From Bugula neritina (lineage: Eukaryota; Animalia; Bryozoa): DNA of 64,000 nucleotides. This document shows, one piece after another, positions 49,410-63,378 of this stretch; positions within the stretch are counted from its first letter, which is position 1, and each line of letters starts with the position of its first letter. Below the pieces are notes generated by a model. That model was not told the DNA's origin and searched no databases. It saw only the letters and a list, made by a program, of their open reading frames with translations. The position numbers and the translations under genes were made by a program. Where the stretch lies: assembly GCA_964035545.1 (NCBI GenBank), contig OZ037772.1, positions 5,212,233-5,276,232 of the forward strand. Direction: 5' to 3'.

Positions 49410-50178
49410 CAGTTTTAAGGTTTCACCATTTTCCAGCTGTTAGCAAAGATTTTCTCTGTCGTTTTATAAACCACAAGTTGCTGGGTATATGCTATGCAAT
49501 AACAGAAGCTGTTGATAGGGGTGAAACTTGGCTGGGGCATATTTGTAGATATATATAATTTTCAAGTGCAATTCAATAAAAATTCTGAAAAAAGATTGCC
49601 TAAATTTTTGATATAAAAAGTAATACAAATTTTTTCCGGTACATGCATATCGCAGTTGAACTTGCAGAATTTTATATAAGTTATAGTGGTGAGATAACAA
49701 TAAAGTGGGTGCACAGCTCTGATTGGTTGATTGTGTTTGTTATTTATGTTGATGCACACAGAAATTGAGTCATATCAAGCTCAATGGCTCTGACCAATAA
49801 GTTTGTAAGTATGCCTTTAGCACTTGCACATACAGTTACACTCAACTCTCTGAGTTATACAAATTTCTACCATATCTTTAAGCAAAATGTTTAGATATTG
49901 TTGTAATAGTGCAACTATTATGAACCCTTTTTTATTCATGAGTGCTTTAGAGTAGGCATGCCAAGGTGATGCTACCAAACAGCTTGCTGACAATTACATT
50001 AATATTATGTAGTCATGTAACTTTCCGATTTAACTGTATTCATGAAGCCATTATTACTATTATTATTGTAGTGGTGTGTCTACCTTGGTGCCTATATTAG
50101 ACGTGTGTCACAGTCACGGTATTAGTAGATGTAGGCGTGTGAAATGGAGTAAATTATATTGGCATAAATGCTTACATC

Positions 50179-50585
50179 TCAGTATTTAGTCAGTCAGTAT
50201 TTAGTACTTAGTCAGTATTTAGTCAGTCAGTATTTAGTACATAGTCAGTATTTAGTACTTAATCAGTATTTAGTACATAGTCAGTATTTAGTACATAGTC
50301 AGTATATTTAATCAGTCAGTATTTAGTGCTTAATCAGTATTTAATCAGTCAGTATTTAGTACATAGTCAGTATTTAGTACATAGTCAGTATTTAGTACAT
50401 AGTCAGTATTTAGTACATAGTCAGTATATTTAATCAGTCAGTATTTAGTACATAGTCAGTATTTAGTACTTAATCAGTATTTAAACAGTCAGTATTTAGT
50501 GCTTAATCAGTATTTAATCAGTTAGTATTTAGTACATAGTCAGTATTTAGTACATAGGCAGTATTTAGTACATAGTCAGTCAGTA
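50179..50585. repeat. (AGTCAGTATTTAGTACAT)n minisatellite
   Basis: Direct reading. Confidence 0.92.
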
Positions 50586-51298
50586 AAATTATGTAGTCGA
50601 TTATTGTGCTAAACTAAAAGGTTCAGTTTTCCTCTGTTTTAAGTTTTATCATTTCTCCCTCACTTTCTCTGTTATCATCTACTTCTCTTCCTTCTCTCCT
50701 TTTGAATGAGTACTCAAAATTTACACTCGAGAGTGGACAACTCCTTGTTACTCACTTCAATGGTCAACTTTGCTGTATCACCATCTTTCGCTAGTGCAAT
50801 TTGCGATTTGGTCTTAGTTTCACAAGGTTTTGGAAATAATATAACTTTTTTGGGGTGTGGCCTGATCCTACCTTCAGTTATTTTATTCAGATCCTGGTTT
50901 TAGCCGCCATCCTCTTCAATTTCAATTCTTTTACCCAATGTTTATACCAAATGACAACATATCAGAATTACAAGCTTTGATTACTTTGCCAGGGTACGCC
51001 GAGCTTTAAAAAATTTTCATATTGACCCTGTCTGATTTTGCTTGAGATTGAACCAATTGGTGCTTCTCTGAAGTAGGTAGATTTCACATGAGGTGCAAGG
51101 AATAACATATTCAATATAAATCTGCGTTATAATTAAAAATATGTTGCTCACGCATCAACACCTCATAACAGGCTTAGAAATAAAAAACAGTGACAGCAGT
51201 TCCATTTGGTTGCCATTAGTGATGGAAAAGGGGCACCGTGATAAGCATTATAATTACTATGTCTATCTGGCAGTTGGTTGTGTGTTAATAATTCTATT

Positions 51299-53343
51299 AT
51301 GTTGCAGAAATTAACATTGACTATCCTAAGCATTGGAATGGGAATTTACTTCCTTGGTTCTACTACAATTACTTGGAAGCAAATCTTTGAATCTACAGAG
51401 CGTTATCAGAGAATCAAAGATATGGTTGACCTTAAATTGAAGCCTCAGGCTTTTGCCTCCCTGAGTCCAACCTCTTCTGGTAACGAAAATAATATACCGA
51501 CAGCCAAACCTGAATCCGATAACACACCAACATCACAAGTGTCAGACAAACAAGTAATAGGAGATATACAGGAAATTCGAAACATTGAGATGATCAACAT
51601 TTTAATAGATGAGTGGAAGAAAATGCCTAAGAAGTTAAAGTGTGGCACGTTGCACTGTAGGTTCGCAAACTCTAACAGCTGGGCTCCAAATTCCCAGGCT
51701 AGTTTAGCGGTGTTTCTAGTGACGAGGCTTCCTGAGACTATCCCTCCAAAACCATCTGACCAGCTCTGGGCACTGCAGACAGGAGAGTCTCAAAGTCGAA
51801 TAGAAATAGACTTAGCCAAGTGGAATGGGTATTTCAATTATTCCTTCACATTCAAACAAGATTCAGACTGGAGATACAGATGGGCATCTAGTTTAGAACG
51901 AGAAAGTCCTGATCATGTTATTGAATGGCAAGGTGTTAGCCAATTAGTGAAAGCCCTTTGGCTTGTGTCCAACTGTAATGAAGAAGGGGAATATAAAGTC
52001 ACTAGCAGACGCGTTGAATATGCGGTGGAGCTAGCTAAATACATACAACTCTCCATATACACTCATCAAAAACTCTGTGAGACAAATATCAATAAGCATG
52101 GCCGGAAGTTGGTTGTTAATGTCCCTATGGAAGAACAACCTCCTTTATCAGACTTTCATTTCTATCTGGCATTTGAAAACAGTTTATGTGAAGATTATAT
52201 AACAGAAAAGTTTTGGAAGATTCTGGAAGGACCAGACCTAGTCATACCTATTGTAATGGGAGGTCTGAGAATGGAAGAATACGAACATATCGCTCCTCCA
52301 AACAGTTATATACATGTTAAGAATTTTACTTCACCAAAACATTTAGCTGAACATCTACATTATGTTATTAGTAATGAGAAGGCATTCAACTATTACTTGG
52401 AGTGGAGAAATCAGTATAGACTACAAAAGAAAGGTAATCATATAAGCAGAATATCTTAATTATAAAAATATCTCATTAGCGTAATGTTCAGGCTTTAGAT
52501 AAACTAAAAAGGTTTGCTGTCAATTGACGCCCAACAAATCTTTGAACTGCTGATCATCAACTCAATTTTCCAAAGCTCATAGTATGTCTTACACAGATGT
52601 CACAGGAACATGACAGCTTTTCAAAATGTTATTTTTGTCCCGATTTTTGTGATCATCATTATGCAGCTCATTCATTTGTTCAACTTGGAATTGACTTTTT
52701 GATAGAGAAAAAGCCTTATACAGTTAATCACAAGCACAAGTGGTTTTTTATTTGATGTAATTAGAAAAATTCATTCGTTTAATGCCACTTGAACAAAAGA
52801 TTATTTAAACTCCAAATTTTTGTTTCATGTTTCATTGATTTGCAATTGAAAAAATCAAAGTGAGTTACAAAACCATTTAACGCTAAACTAATGCAGCATA
52901 TAATAGCTGCTTCCTCATTTATTTATGGATCATCACAAAACGAGATGCTTGCTCTGTAACACTTCTCACCTCCACATTAGAAAGTTTATGTTGCATAACT
53001 TTCAAACAGTGTTATTAACAACTTTGAAAAGACTTAAATTTTTAAAAAAATATAGCATTATTGGTGTTGGCTCTCAAAAGTTTTTTGGTTTCTTTGTTCT
53101 CGTATTGCATAATAGAGGCATTATATAAATAGTGACTAGCTTACCGTTGTGTAACATGTAACTATTGATATTATGTGTATTATTTTAGAGTCCATCTACT
53201 GCGCCTACTGCAGATTTGCCCATACTAGACCTCCAAAGATTTGGACTAAAATAAGTGACCACTACAATAGCAGTCAATGTATAGATTTCACAAGGAACAA
53301 AAAATATTGTAACTATTATGGTATGAGCTGTATTACTGTATAA
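51299..53343 (+). CDS. Alpha-1,3/1,4-fucosyltransferase (GT10), paralogue A; exons ~51299/51308-52433 and 53189-53343
   Basis: FYLAFENSLCEDYITEKFW motif, N-terminal TM anchor, WLVSNC, YLEWR; a phase-1 intron joins the terminal exon ESIYCAYCRF...SCITV*. Start uncertain: ATG 51299, or an unlocated upstream exon spliced to the acceptor at 51307. Confidence 0.9.
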
Positions 53344-53538
53344 TCAATTTAACTTAGCTTATATTTTGACAACTTTTGTTATTTTTTTAGAATAAAAGTA
53401 AAATGAAAATGCGCACCTTGTCAGCAGGTGGTTTTGTCAATCTTGATATATTATCAAGTATGTTTTTGTCAACAAAATTTGTATGTCATAAGAATACATA
53501 TTAAATTGAAATGCCAAAAAAATAAATACATACACTAT

Positions 53539-53581
<43 letters not shown>

Positions 53582-56088
53582 CATTTGAATGGGTTGTTTA
53601 AAATGACCAACAGGAGCATATGTGGCGCATGCAACCTGTGGGTAGATGTGTAGTATGTATTTAGGTTTTGCTGAAGTCATGAAACCAAGCAGTATGTATT
53701 AAAGAAACTTTTCACATGACTATAAGTAATTATAGGTCGCATATTCCAAACTAGTTATGACTTTATCGCAAAAAAGCTATGTTGGGGACTACAACCAGTT
53801 TTGGAGTAACACTTGTGTAACGTTATCAGATTTAATTTAAAATAGCTGTCTACAGAATAGTACAAAAAATAGTTTAACATATTATGTTTTATTGTGAAGA
53901 TTGATTATGGAGCCAAATGTTGCAGCTTTTCACCGCAATAAGTCATTTCCATTACATGAGGACAATTATAAGGTAAGCAAAAAATATAGTACTTTCCAGA
54001 TTACAGTTTTCTATATAATAGGGGCCAAAAATTAACTATGAATACTATTTGAAAACAGAACTGTGGATGCGCTTAAAAGCATTCAACCAGTGTATTATAG
54101 TGTTAGATTAAATTGTCAATCAATATTTGCCTTTTATTGACTTATGCTGGATCAGTGAGTTATACCTGTATAGTATACTAAAACTCTCATTCTTATATAC
54201 CTGTAGTATATTACAGGTATATAAGAATAAGAGCTCTTCTGAACGACAAGAAGGAAATGTTACTAAAAAGTTTAGTTAGTCTACCAATAAATTTTTATTT
54301 ATGCTCAAATTTAAGAAAACCTATATGTATTTCAAGCATGAGTTTTGTGTTGTTTTGTGTTATTATTTCAGCTATCGTGAAAGAGAAGAACCGTGCTCAT
54401 GTTAGTTGCTTAACTGAAGAGGCCGAAGCCGTGATTTATTACTACAATATATATACAAGATAATACTAAAATTATTACAATAAGTGAGACAATTGATCAT
54501 TAAGATTGTGCACAAAAATAGTAAAATAATAAAATAACAAATTACAAATGAATGTTTACATAAACACCGAACATCATGGATATATTAAGGCATTTAGTTG
54601 CTAATGATTGAGCTATTAGTGACGTTATTGCAGAGGTATTCAATGGCAGGTTAATGAGTTGATGATAATATAGCCTGCTTACATATACCATGGCATTAAA
54701 ACTATCACTGTGATTAGCTAAAGTGGACAGAAATGTTCAATATGATGAAATTTCCAGTAACTGGAAAGCCATTTATTGTAAGTAACACATACTTATTCTT
54801 AATTGCTTAGTTTTATCATCAGTCACATCAATTCATATACTATTTCCCTCTTATTTCCTGCTGAACTAATTTTGGTTTTATTGCTTACTTTATAAATTTT
54901 TATTATAATTATTTGTAGCCTAATATCTGATCTCATCCACACAATTTTAGACTACAACAAAATGGCTTCATAACTTGCATGACCCTAGCTGTTGATGTGG
55001 TGAATATGAAACTAACATAATTTCATAGACGGAGTATGTGGCATTGCAGTTTCATCTCTAGCATTCTACATTTTATCCTTTTTGCTGCTTTGATTTTTCA
55101 TAATAGTTACTGTTCTGATTCTTTTCATGAAGCATTTTAGTCTAAGCAGCTATTTAACAGCAGTGTTTCTGGAATAATTAGTTATTCCTGTTTCAATTAT
55201 TGTTTAATTTTACCAAAATCCAGTTTTTGTTTGTTTTAGGTCAACATTTTTATACTTTTGTAGAAGTCAACACTGGCAATTTTAAGCATAGGATTGGCAT
55301 TTGTTGTCTTTCTTGCTGTCACAACTATACAATGCTGTACTTTATTGGCCCATTAGAACATTCACAAAGAATGTGACGTATAATTAGCTGGGAAATTCAA
55401 CCTTCACGGGTTGCAGCATCATATTAATGCAGAATAGAAAGAAATGTCTCACAAAAACATAAAGTGAGGACTGTTTGCAATGCTTATTACCATTACTCTC
55501 ATTGCTGTCTTAAAACTGACAAAACTACAAATGCCTATGATGGAATCGAGCTGATTTCCGTATTTGAGATTCAGTATGCTAATAGCAATTCTATTCTAGA
55601 AAGGATTCAGATTACAATAGATGTTTTTACACTGTATATACAATGATAAAAATACAGAATGTCTTGTGAATCTATGAGAAACTGCTTGTCTGTCAAAGCA
55701 AACATGGAATTTAATTTAGAATTAAAATTTAAGCTACTAGTTTATATCCAGCATTCTAAAAAGACTGAGTCTTCAAAGGTGAACTGTTATGTAGACCAAA
55801 ACTATAGTATATAAATGTGTACAGGGCTAAAGTTTCATTAATCACTTGTTTGAACCTATAAAGTCTAGACAAATCGCAAACATGTGAAGTCTCTAAAAAC
55901 TTTACCATTAGAAAACCTAAAAGAGAGTTTAAATAAAAGAGAGTTTAAATAACATTTGAGATAATTCTGAGATAATATCATAAAACGCAGATATTCATGT
56001 CATGCATTTAATTTATGACAACTTTATTCTCCATACAAAAGCAAAGTAACACAAAACACTCGACTTAAAGTTTAAACACATCATGTAG

Positions 56089-58472
56089 TTAGTGTCCAGT
56101 GGAACAGCTCATGCCATAATAATTACAATATTCTTTGTTTCGAGCGACATCTATACATTGACTGCTATTGTAGTGGTCACTTAACTTAGTCCATATCTTT
56201 GGAGGTTTAGTATGAGCAAATCTGCAGTAGGCACAGTGTTTGGACTCTACAATTAAATACAGAATTACAGCCTGAATGTTTTTGCTACAAGGCTAAGACA
56301 CTTTCATTCAGAAAAAACTAAATGATTTTTGAAATAATCCCCATTGACTATTTTCATAAGTTTTATTGCTTTTTGGCAGATATTCGTAATGTCACAATTT
56401 AAGGATATAATCTAGTCAAATGATTACCATTCTTATGTAGTCTATATTTATTTCTCCACTCCAAGTAATAGTTGAATGCCTTCTCATTACTAACAACATA
56501 ACGTAAATGTTCAGCTGAATGTTTTGGTGAAGTGAAATTCTTAACATGTATATAGCTGTTTGGAGGAGCGATATGTTCGTATTCTTCCATTCTCAGACCT
56601 CCCATTACAATAGGTATGACTAGGTCTGGTCCTTCTAGAATCTTCCAAAACTTTTCTGTTATATAATCCTCACATAAACTGTTTTCAAATGCCAGATAGA
56701 AATGAAAGTCTGATAAAGGAGGTTGTTCTTTCATAGGAACATTAGCAACCAACTTTGGAGCATATCTACTAATATACTTCTCACAGAGTGTCTGATAAGT
56801 GTATATAGAAAGTTGTATGTATTTAGCTAGCTCCACCGCATATTCAACGCGCCCACTAGTAACTTTGTATTCACCTTTCTCATCACAGTTTGATACAAAC
56901 CAAAGAGCTTTCACTTTTTGGCTAACACCTTGCCATTTAATGATATGATCAGAACTTCGTAGTTCAACGGCATATGCCCACATGTATCTCCAATCAGAGT
57001 CTTGTTTCAATACCATAGTGTAGTTAAAATATTCATTCCACTTGCGCATGTCTGTTGTTAGTCGACTTTGAGATTCTCCAGAATACAGTACCCAGAGCTG
57101 ATCAAATGGCTTTAAAGGAATGCGTTGGGGAAGCGCCCGTGCTACAAACACGGCTAAGTGGGTTTTGGGGTTCGGAGAAACCCAGTTGCTACCCAAGAAT
57201 CTACAGTGAAACGGGCCACACTGCAACTTCTTCGGCAAGACCACTCTCTCTTCATCCGAAATGTCGATATATTCAATATTTCGGACTTCATGTATGTCTT
57301 CTACAACATGTTTGTGTGAATTTCTTTCCAATATTGTGTCCTTGGACTTGGACGTAACATTCAATATCTTCTTTGTGGCGTGTTCAGATTCGAAAGCATG
57401 GCTCAACCATGTATTGGCTTGTAAAGGATCATATTCAAGGCTAATTATTCGCCAAGTTTTCGAATTATGCTCTGATGACCCAACAAAATACTTCAGCGTA
57501 GGTGTGACAGCAAGAAAAACAACGACTCCAAATCCAATGCCTAAAGCGGCTAATGGTGATTTCTACAATAAACAATATAGTAAATATAGTTGACCTGGAA
57601 CTAATATAAGCTTTCCTTTATTCAAATAGAATGAGAACTGAGACAAGACCAATTGCTATTCATCACTTTATACTTTAAAGTTTTTTTAACTATATGCGAT
57701 AACCACTGCAGTGCACTTTTGAAAAAATAATAAACTGGAAAATTTTACAGTATATCCCCAAATAGTAACATTGAAGTCTGAACACTGTAACATTGCGCTT
57801 TTTTGCACTTTTTGCCTATGCAATGCAATAGGTTGTCAATAACAATATAATATACAATACTTTGATGCTTGAAAAAAGGTTTTTTGTCACATCTCTGACA
57901 ACTTTAGCAGCTGATAAATAAAAACTCCAACTCAAAAGTGTTACTACCTCTATGGATCAAAATAATAAAACACAATGCTAACATCATATAGCCAAAACAA
58001 GCAAACACACTCATAGTACAAAATACCCAGCTGCTGAAAAAATGCTGTTACTAAGCAAAAGTTAACTCATAGTAAATCTCTGTACCGGTCATAGTCACTA
58101 GCAATTGCAAATAAATATCACGCAAGTTTATAGTCGCTATCCTGATAGAAAGGGCTTTTGTTAGAACAGGTTAAAGATTTATTTAGATGAGGTACAGGAG
58201 CAATTATGACTGGATGCTTTTCTTAACATAACCATAGCCTTTGTCTGGTTCAAACCCATGACTTTGTGTTCGTGTAAAAACTCATTTGCTATTGGCTATT
58301 TTGTCGCGTCCAGATCTGTGCCCAGAAAAGGTTTGTATAATATCACAGTCTAGTAATCAGTGTAAATTAATGATACAAGAAACCATTTAAAGTATTTTTC
58401 AATACAGAAAATGTAGATCTATCTTTCTAAACTCACCTGCCTTTGAAAAATACCAGTAAAAGTTCTCCCCAT
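56089..58472 (-). CDS. Alpha-1,3/1,4-fucosyltransferase (GT10), paralogue B; exons 58437-58472, 56428-57562, 56089-56246
   Basis: Same GT10 motif; in-phase splicing gives MGRTFTGIFQRQ-KSPLAALGIGFGVVVFLAV (TM)...ESKHCAYCRF...SCSTGH*; intron positions match paralogue A. Confidence 0.9.
58115..58275 (-). mobile_element. 5'-truncated SINE copy
   Basis: TCACGCAAGTTTATAGTCGCTATCC...CAAACCCATGAC is the reverse complement of the family body. Confidence 0.75.
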
Positions 58473-58799
58473 AATGAGTGAAGGTATTTTTTAAACAGCA
58501 AATGAGACAAGACAACTGCCTGAGTGAACAGAGTTGCATGGTTAATATCTAAAAGACAATAAGATGAATAAACAACAGTGACAAAAGGTATCTTGTTGGC
58601 AATTCAAAAAACATATTTACAAATGTTTGTGTGTGTATAGAAGGGAATTGATTTTTCATAATAATGATACATTGTCTTCGTAGCTGATCAATTACTGAAC
58701 TCATGTAAACAAAGTGCTATAAGATCACTTTGTAACTGAAATATAGTAAAAGAGTCGCGGCATTAGCAGTCAGAGTGCTTAATTAGTGTAAAACCACGT

Positions 58800-58975
58800 G
58801 TAACGCTGCAATACTGTATGACACTGTGATTCTGTATAACACTGCAGTACTGTATTATATTGTGTAATGCTGTATGATACTGTAATACTGTATGACATTG
58901 CGTAATACTGTATGATACTGTAATACTGTATGACATTGTAATACTGTATGACATTGTGTAATACTGTATGATACT
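58800..58975. repeat. (TGTAATACTGTATGACATTG)-type satellite
   Basis: Inverse of 48241-48490. Confidence 0.85.
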
Positions 58976-59146
58976 TATGTTAATGAAATTTAACTTTTTT
59001 ACCGAAACCATTCAGCAGATTGTCTCTCTTTTAAATGTATACATTGTAACAAAGTGAAGCAATACATAACAGTACATGTACAGTAACATATACACATGTA
59101 TGTGTGCATACATGTATGTATGTATGTATCTGTGTCAGTATATACA

Positions 59147-59282
59147 AACACACACACGCACACGCACACACACACACGCACACTCGCACACCCACACACT
59201 CGCACACCTGCACACAAGCACACACGCACATACACACACGCACATACACACACGCAAACACACACACACACACACACACACA
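59147..59282. repeat. Imperfect (CA)n microsatellite
   Basis: Direct reading. Confidence 0.93.
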
Positions 59283-59629
59283 GAGTTATAATTCTCAATT
59301 AAAATTGCATTTGAAAACTACTGAAGCATAGAGAAAGCAACTCTCAACACAAAATCAATTTCATCAACACTATAGTACTTCATGTCATACACTCTAAGTT
59401 TCAATTGAAGCTGCAATCAAAGTAAAATTTTATAGCCCGAGTTTTTGTTGACGTCAAAAAATAATTCATGAAAATCATCAAGACACTTCAACATGAATTT
59501 AATTTGAGTCTGCTTTTTGTACTAATACTTTTAAAGGAAATTTTTGAAAACTGGGAGTTATCATCCCATATAACCATGCAAGTTCCTCACAATTTTTAGA
59601 TATTCTATAGCTATAATTGTTATAACACA

Positions 59630-60093
59630 GTGTAATATAATATATTATAATATAACACAATTTAATAGAACATAATGCAGCATTATATAATATAACATAA
59701 TATTACATAATATAATATAGCATAATATAATGTAACATAACATAATATTACATAACATATTATAATATAACATGATATAACATATTACAATATAACATAA
59801 CATACTATTACATAATATAAAATAATTTAATATAATTTAACATAACATAATATTACATAATAAATTATAATATAATATAATATAATATAACATAATATGT
59901 TATAACATAACATAATATTACATAATAAATTATAATATAATATAATATAATATAATATAACATAATATGTTATAACATAACATAATATTACATAATAAAT
60001 TATAATATAATATAATATAATATAACATAATATGTTATAACATAACATAATATTACATAATAAATTATAATATAATATAACATAATATAATAC
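59630..60093. repeat. (TATAA/CATAA)n pentamer satellite with higher-order repeats
   Basis: Direct reading. Confidence 0.93.
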
Positions 60094-61595
60094 TAGACTA
60101 CTCAATAACATCTGCTGCGTTAGTCCCATCGTGGAAATGTATATAGTTCGTGATAGTCTTGGGTGACACATTCTGCAGGTGCTTTCATTCTTACAAGAGT
60201 CATAATTAACAATAGAAAAAGTGCAGGTTATTCATAATGGTCCGTGAGCTATTTCGAAAATCTCATGGTATAAGCTGGGCCAAGTCTACAAAATACAAAT
60301 ATCAGACTATACCATTGAGATATGTGGCAGTTAGCACATTCTTTCCTATTTAGTCCTGATTTGGTTTATGACAGATATGTACAGGTGAGTGCATATGCGT
60401 GACACAGTGAGATAGTTGGCAGGTATGTTTTATAGGTCATTGGCATGTCTGTATTGTTCCACCTGTCATAGCATTCATTGTCATCTTAACCTGCCTGTAT
60501 TAGCTGTCACTGCACCTTTCATCTATATGTGTGCTATATCAATCTCTATCTGTCTGTATATCTATATTCATATTATGCTATAAGAGACACCCATATAGGA
60601 AAAGTCTGGAAAACATAGAATAAACTTGGTAAGTTGCTATAATTACCTGAACATTTTATCAAACACAATTTTTCCTGTTAAACATGCAACACTTATGTCA
60701 ATATATGTCAATGTAGCTTTGCACTGCAGCCTTCTCGCACAGAAAGATGTTGAATGTTTGGCTTTGGCTCTCAATCATTACCTAAAATATTTCGAATATA
60801 AATCATCAATTGTCCTAATCATAATCTAATATTACATATAAAGTCAAAAGTTTCTGTTACGGTTAGTTCATGAAAGCGATTGCATTTAAACTTAAAATCG
60901 TAAAATGTAAAAATAAGTTATTAATACATTTTTTTCAAAACACATTTCAAACTCATCAAAATTGCAAAACTAAAATTAGCGCATTATGTATTGAAGATCA
61001 TTAAGCGTCTTTACTTTTCATTAGCAATTTATTGTTCTTTCAATTGAAGTGTTCTACATGGGAAAAATTATTTAATAGCCAACACAAAATATACAATATA
61101 ATTAAAGTTTCACAGTCTATATTAGTGGCTATAATATGATCAACATCTTAATTTATATAATATAAGAAAACAATAGATATTTAGAAATTAAAATAACATA
61201 AGAATGTATCTCAGTTTTAGCAATATATTCATATCTGAAAATAAACTATACAACATTTTGTTATATTACTAAAACTTACTCAATTGTTATACCATCTTAT
61301 TGTTGTGTAACATGCTATAGTGTTTTACATTCTTGTATGAAAGTATCCCATATATGATAATACATTAATTTTGCAATTTATAAGCATTGTGTGGAAATAA
61401 TAATGTTTTATAATAACTGCATTATAAAATGCTACATCAAGTAATATAACAGTATGTATTATATTGTACATTATAATGTGTGTAGCATATTATATGGTAT
61501 TGTACTAGTGTATACTAATATACTCTATCATACTACGTTGTGATATACTAGGCTGTATAATTCAACATTTCTTAATAATATAATGCATTATAGTG

Positions 61596-61816
61596 AGGGA
61601 GCAGCCGTGGTCTAGGGGTTAGAGCGTTTGCCTAGTAAGCACGAAGGTCATGGGTTCGAGCCCTGCCAGAGGCCATTGGTGATGTTAGGAAGAGCATTCA
61701 ATCATAATTGCTTCTTTGCCTCATTTAAATATGTCCTTAGCCCGATTTAACAAAAACCCTTTCTATCAGGTGTTTTCTCACAGGGATAGCGACTGTAAAC
61801 TTGCGTGAGTTTTTTT
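61596..61816 (+). mobile_element. tRNA-headed SINE, full-length, oligo-T tail
   Basis: 17-bp TSD TATAATGCATTATAGTG (61579-61595 / 61817-61833); A and B boxes. Confidence 0.9.
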
Positions 61817-62640
61817 TATAATGCATTATAGTGCATTGTAATACTAAATTTTAATGTATCATTGCTTAATACTGAAATTCAATATACAAGTTTATTGCAA
61901 CGGCGTATTATTGTATTATAGTGAATTGTAATGCATAGTATACTGTTATATACTACATGTTATTCTGTGGTGTTATATTATAAAGCTCATATACACTTTT
62001 TTCTTCTAATATGGAAGTACATAGAAAGCAGCACTCACTAGGCAAAACATAGTTTTCCAAGTACACGTTTGCTATGGATGAGCTATTCAATATACATGTT
62101 AAGATGTACTGAATAGAAAAGAAAGAAGTCAAATAACACATTAGCCATTGTTAAGAGATGGTAGCAGTGTTAATATCTATTCATTAGCTTAACTTCAGTA
62201 TGTTTGGAATTATCTCTTTGATCTGGCTTTTGTTTCAAGTGCATAGAGTTTAAGTCAACTCTATGACCAATGTCTAGTATTTGCGTGACTGAAGTTTTGA
62301 GCTTATAGCTATCCTTCATTTCAGTGTGAAAAACTTGGAGTGGAATCAATTTATTTAGCAATGTTTTTGCAATGTAACTTCTACAGAAGATAGTTACAAA
62401 TTTTATCTTAACTAAACACACCTTCAGATTAGGATGAAAGTATATTTAGGATGCACTTATTAGAAATTGACTTCTTTACTTTTAAACTTTTAAGTTTTGT
62501 TTGAAATATTTAAAAAATATGCTTTAATTTTTTGCAATTTAGCAAACTCACTCTTGCTAATATTATTAGCTTTTAAAAACAGTTTAATTTGTTATATGTA
62601 AAATTTGCTGATTGACCAAGTAATATCTACTGAATGCAAA

Positions 62641-62899
62641 CAGTAGTAGCAGCAGTATAAGTAGCAGTAACACTTATAGTAGCAGTAGTAGTAGTAATAG
62701 CAGCAATAGCAGTAGTAGTAGTAGTAGTAGCAGTAGCAGTAGCAGTAGCAGTAGCAGTAGCAGTAGCAGTAGCAGTATAGCAGTAGCAGTAGCAGTAGCA
62801 GTAGCAGTAGCAGTAGCAGTAGCAGTAGCAGTAGCAGTAGCAGTAGCAGTAGCAGTAGCAGTAGCAGTAGCAGTAGCAGTAGCAGTAGCAGTAGCAGTA
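62641..62899. repeat. (AGTAGC)n microsatellite
   Basis: Direct reading. Confidence 0.96.
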
Positions 62900-63006
62900 T
62901 TAGTAGAAAACTGGTCAAATTTTACACTTGTAGTATATGTTACCAAAAGTTACAAAGCAAAGACTAAATTATTTTTGAAGTTTAAAGTTAAATTACCCAC
63001 GCCTTA

Positions 63007-63378
63007 GCCTAGGGCCACACTGTGCGTATTTTCGCATGCGAACATTGAAATCACAAGTAGCAAAGGTGTCCACTGTAGCGTCAGTGAGATTGGAAAACTA
63101 CTAGCTAATAATATTTGCGCTTAACTTTACTGCTCGCCTTGTTGCTATGGCTATAAGTGCCGGATAAATGAAGTTTTCATTTTTAAATCGCACTCGCTTT
63201 CAATAAAACGCAATTTACTGGAATGTAGCACTAAAACAAAAAAATTGGGCTCGCTAAATAATTACCAGCCAATTAGGTGACGACGACAAAGACGATTCGC
63301 ACTTGCGTTCAGAATGCTGAGTGACAAGTGCGATTGCGAATTTTTGCATGCGAAAATACGCACAGCGTGGCCCTAGGC
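63007..63378. mobile_element. PIF/Harbinger MITE with shortened right TIR and inverted flanks
   Basis: Family TIR ends; flanked by TTA / TAA and 68-bp inverted flanking sequence. Confidence 0.85.

Noticed and set aside
51278-52459. Single-exon or bacterial (HGT) fucosyltransferase as the ORF track implies
   Set aside because: Both paralogues have a conserved spliced terminal exon and a type-II TM anchor typical of animal Golgi enzymes.
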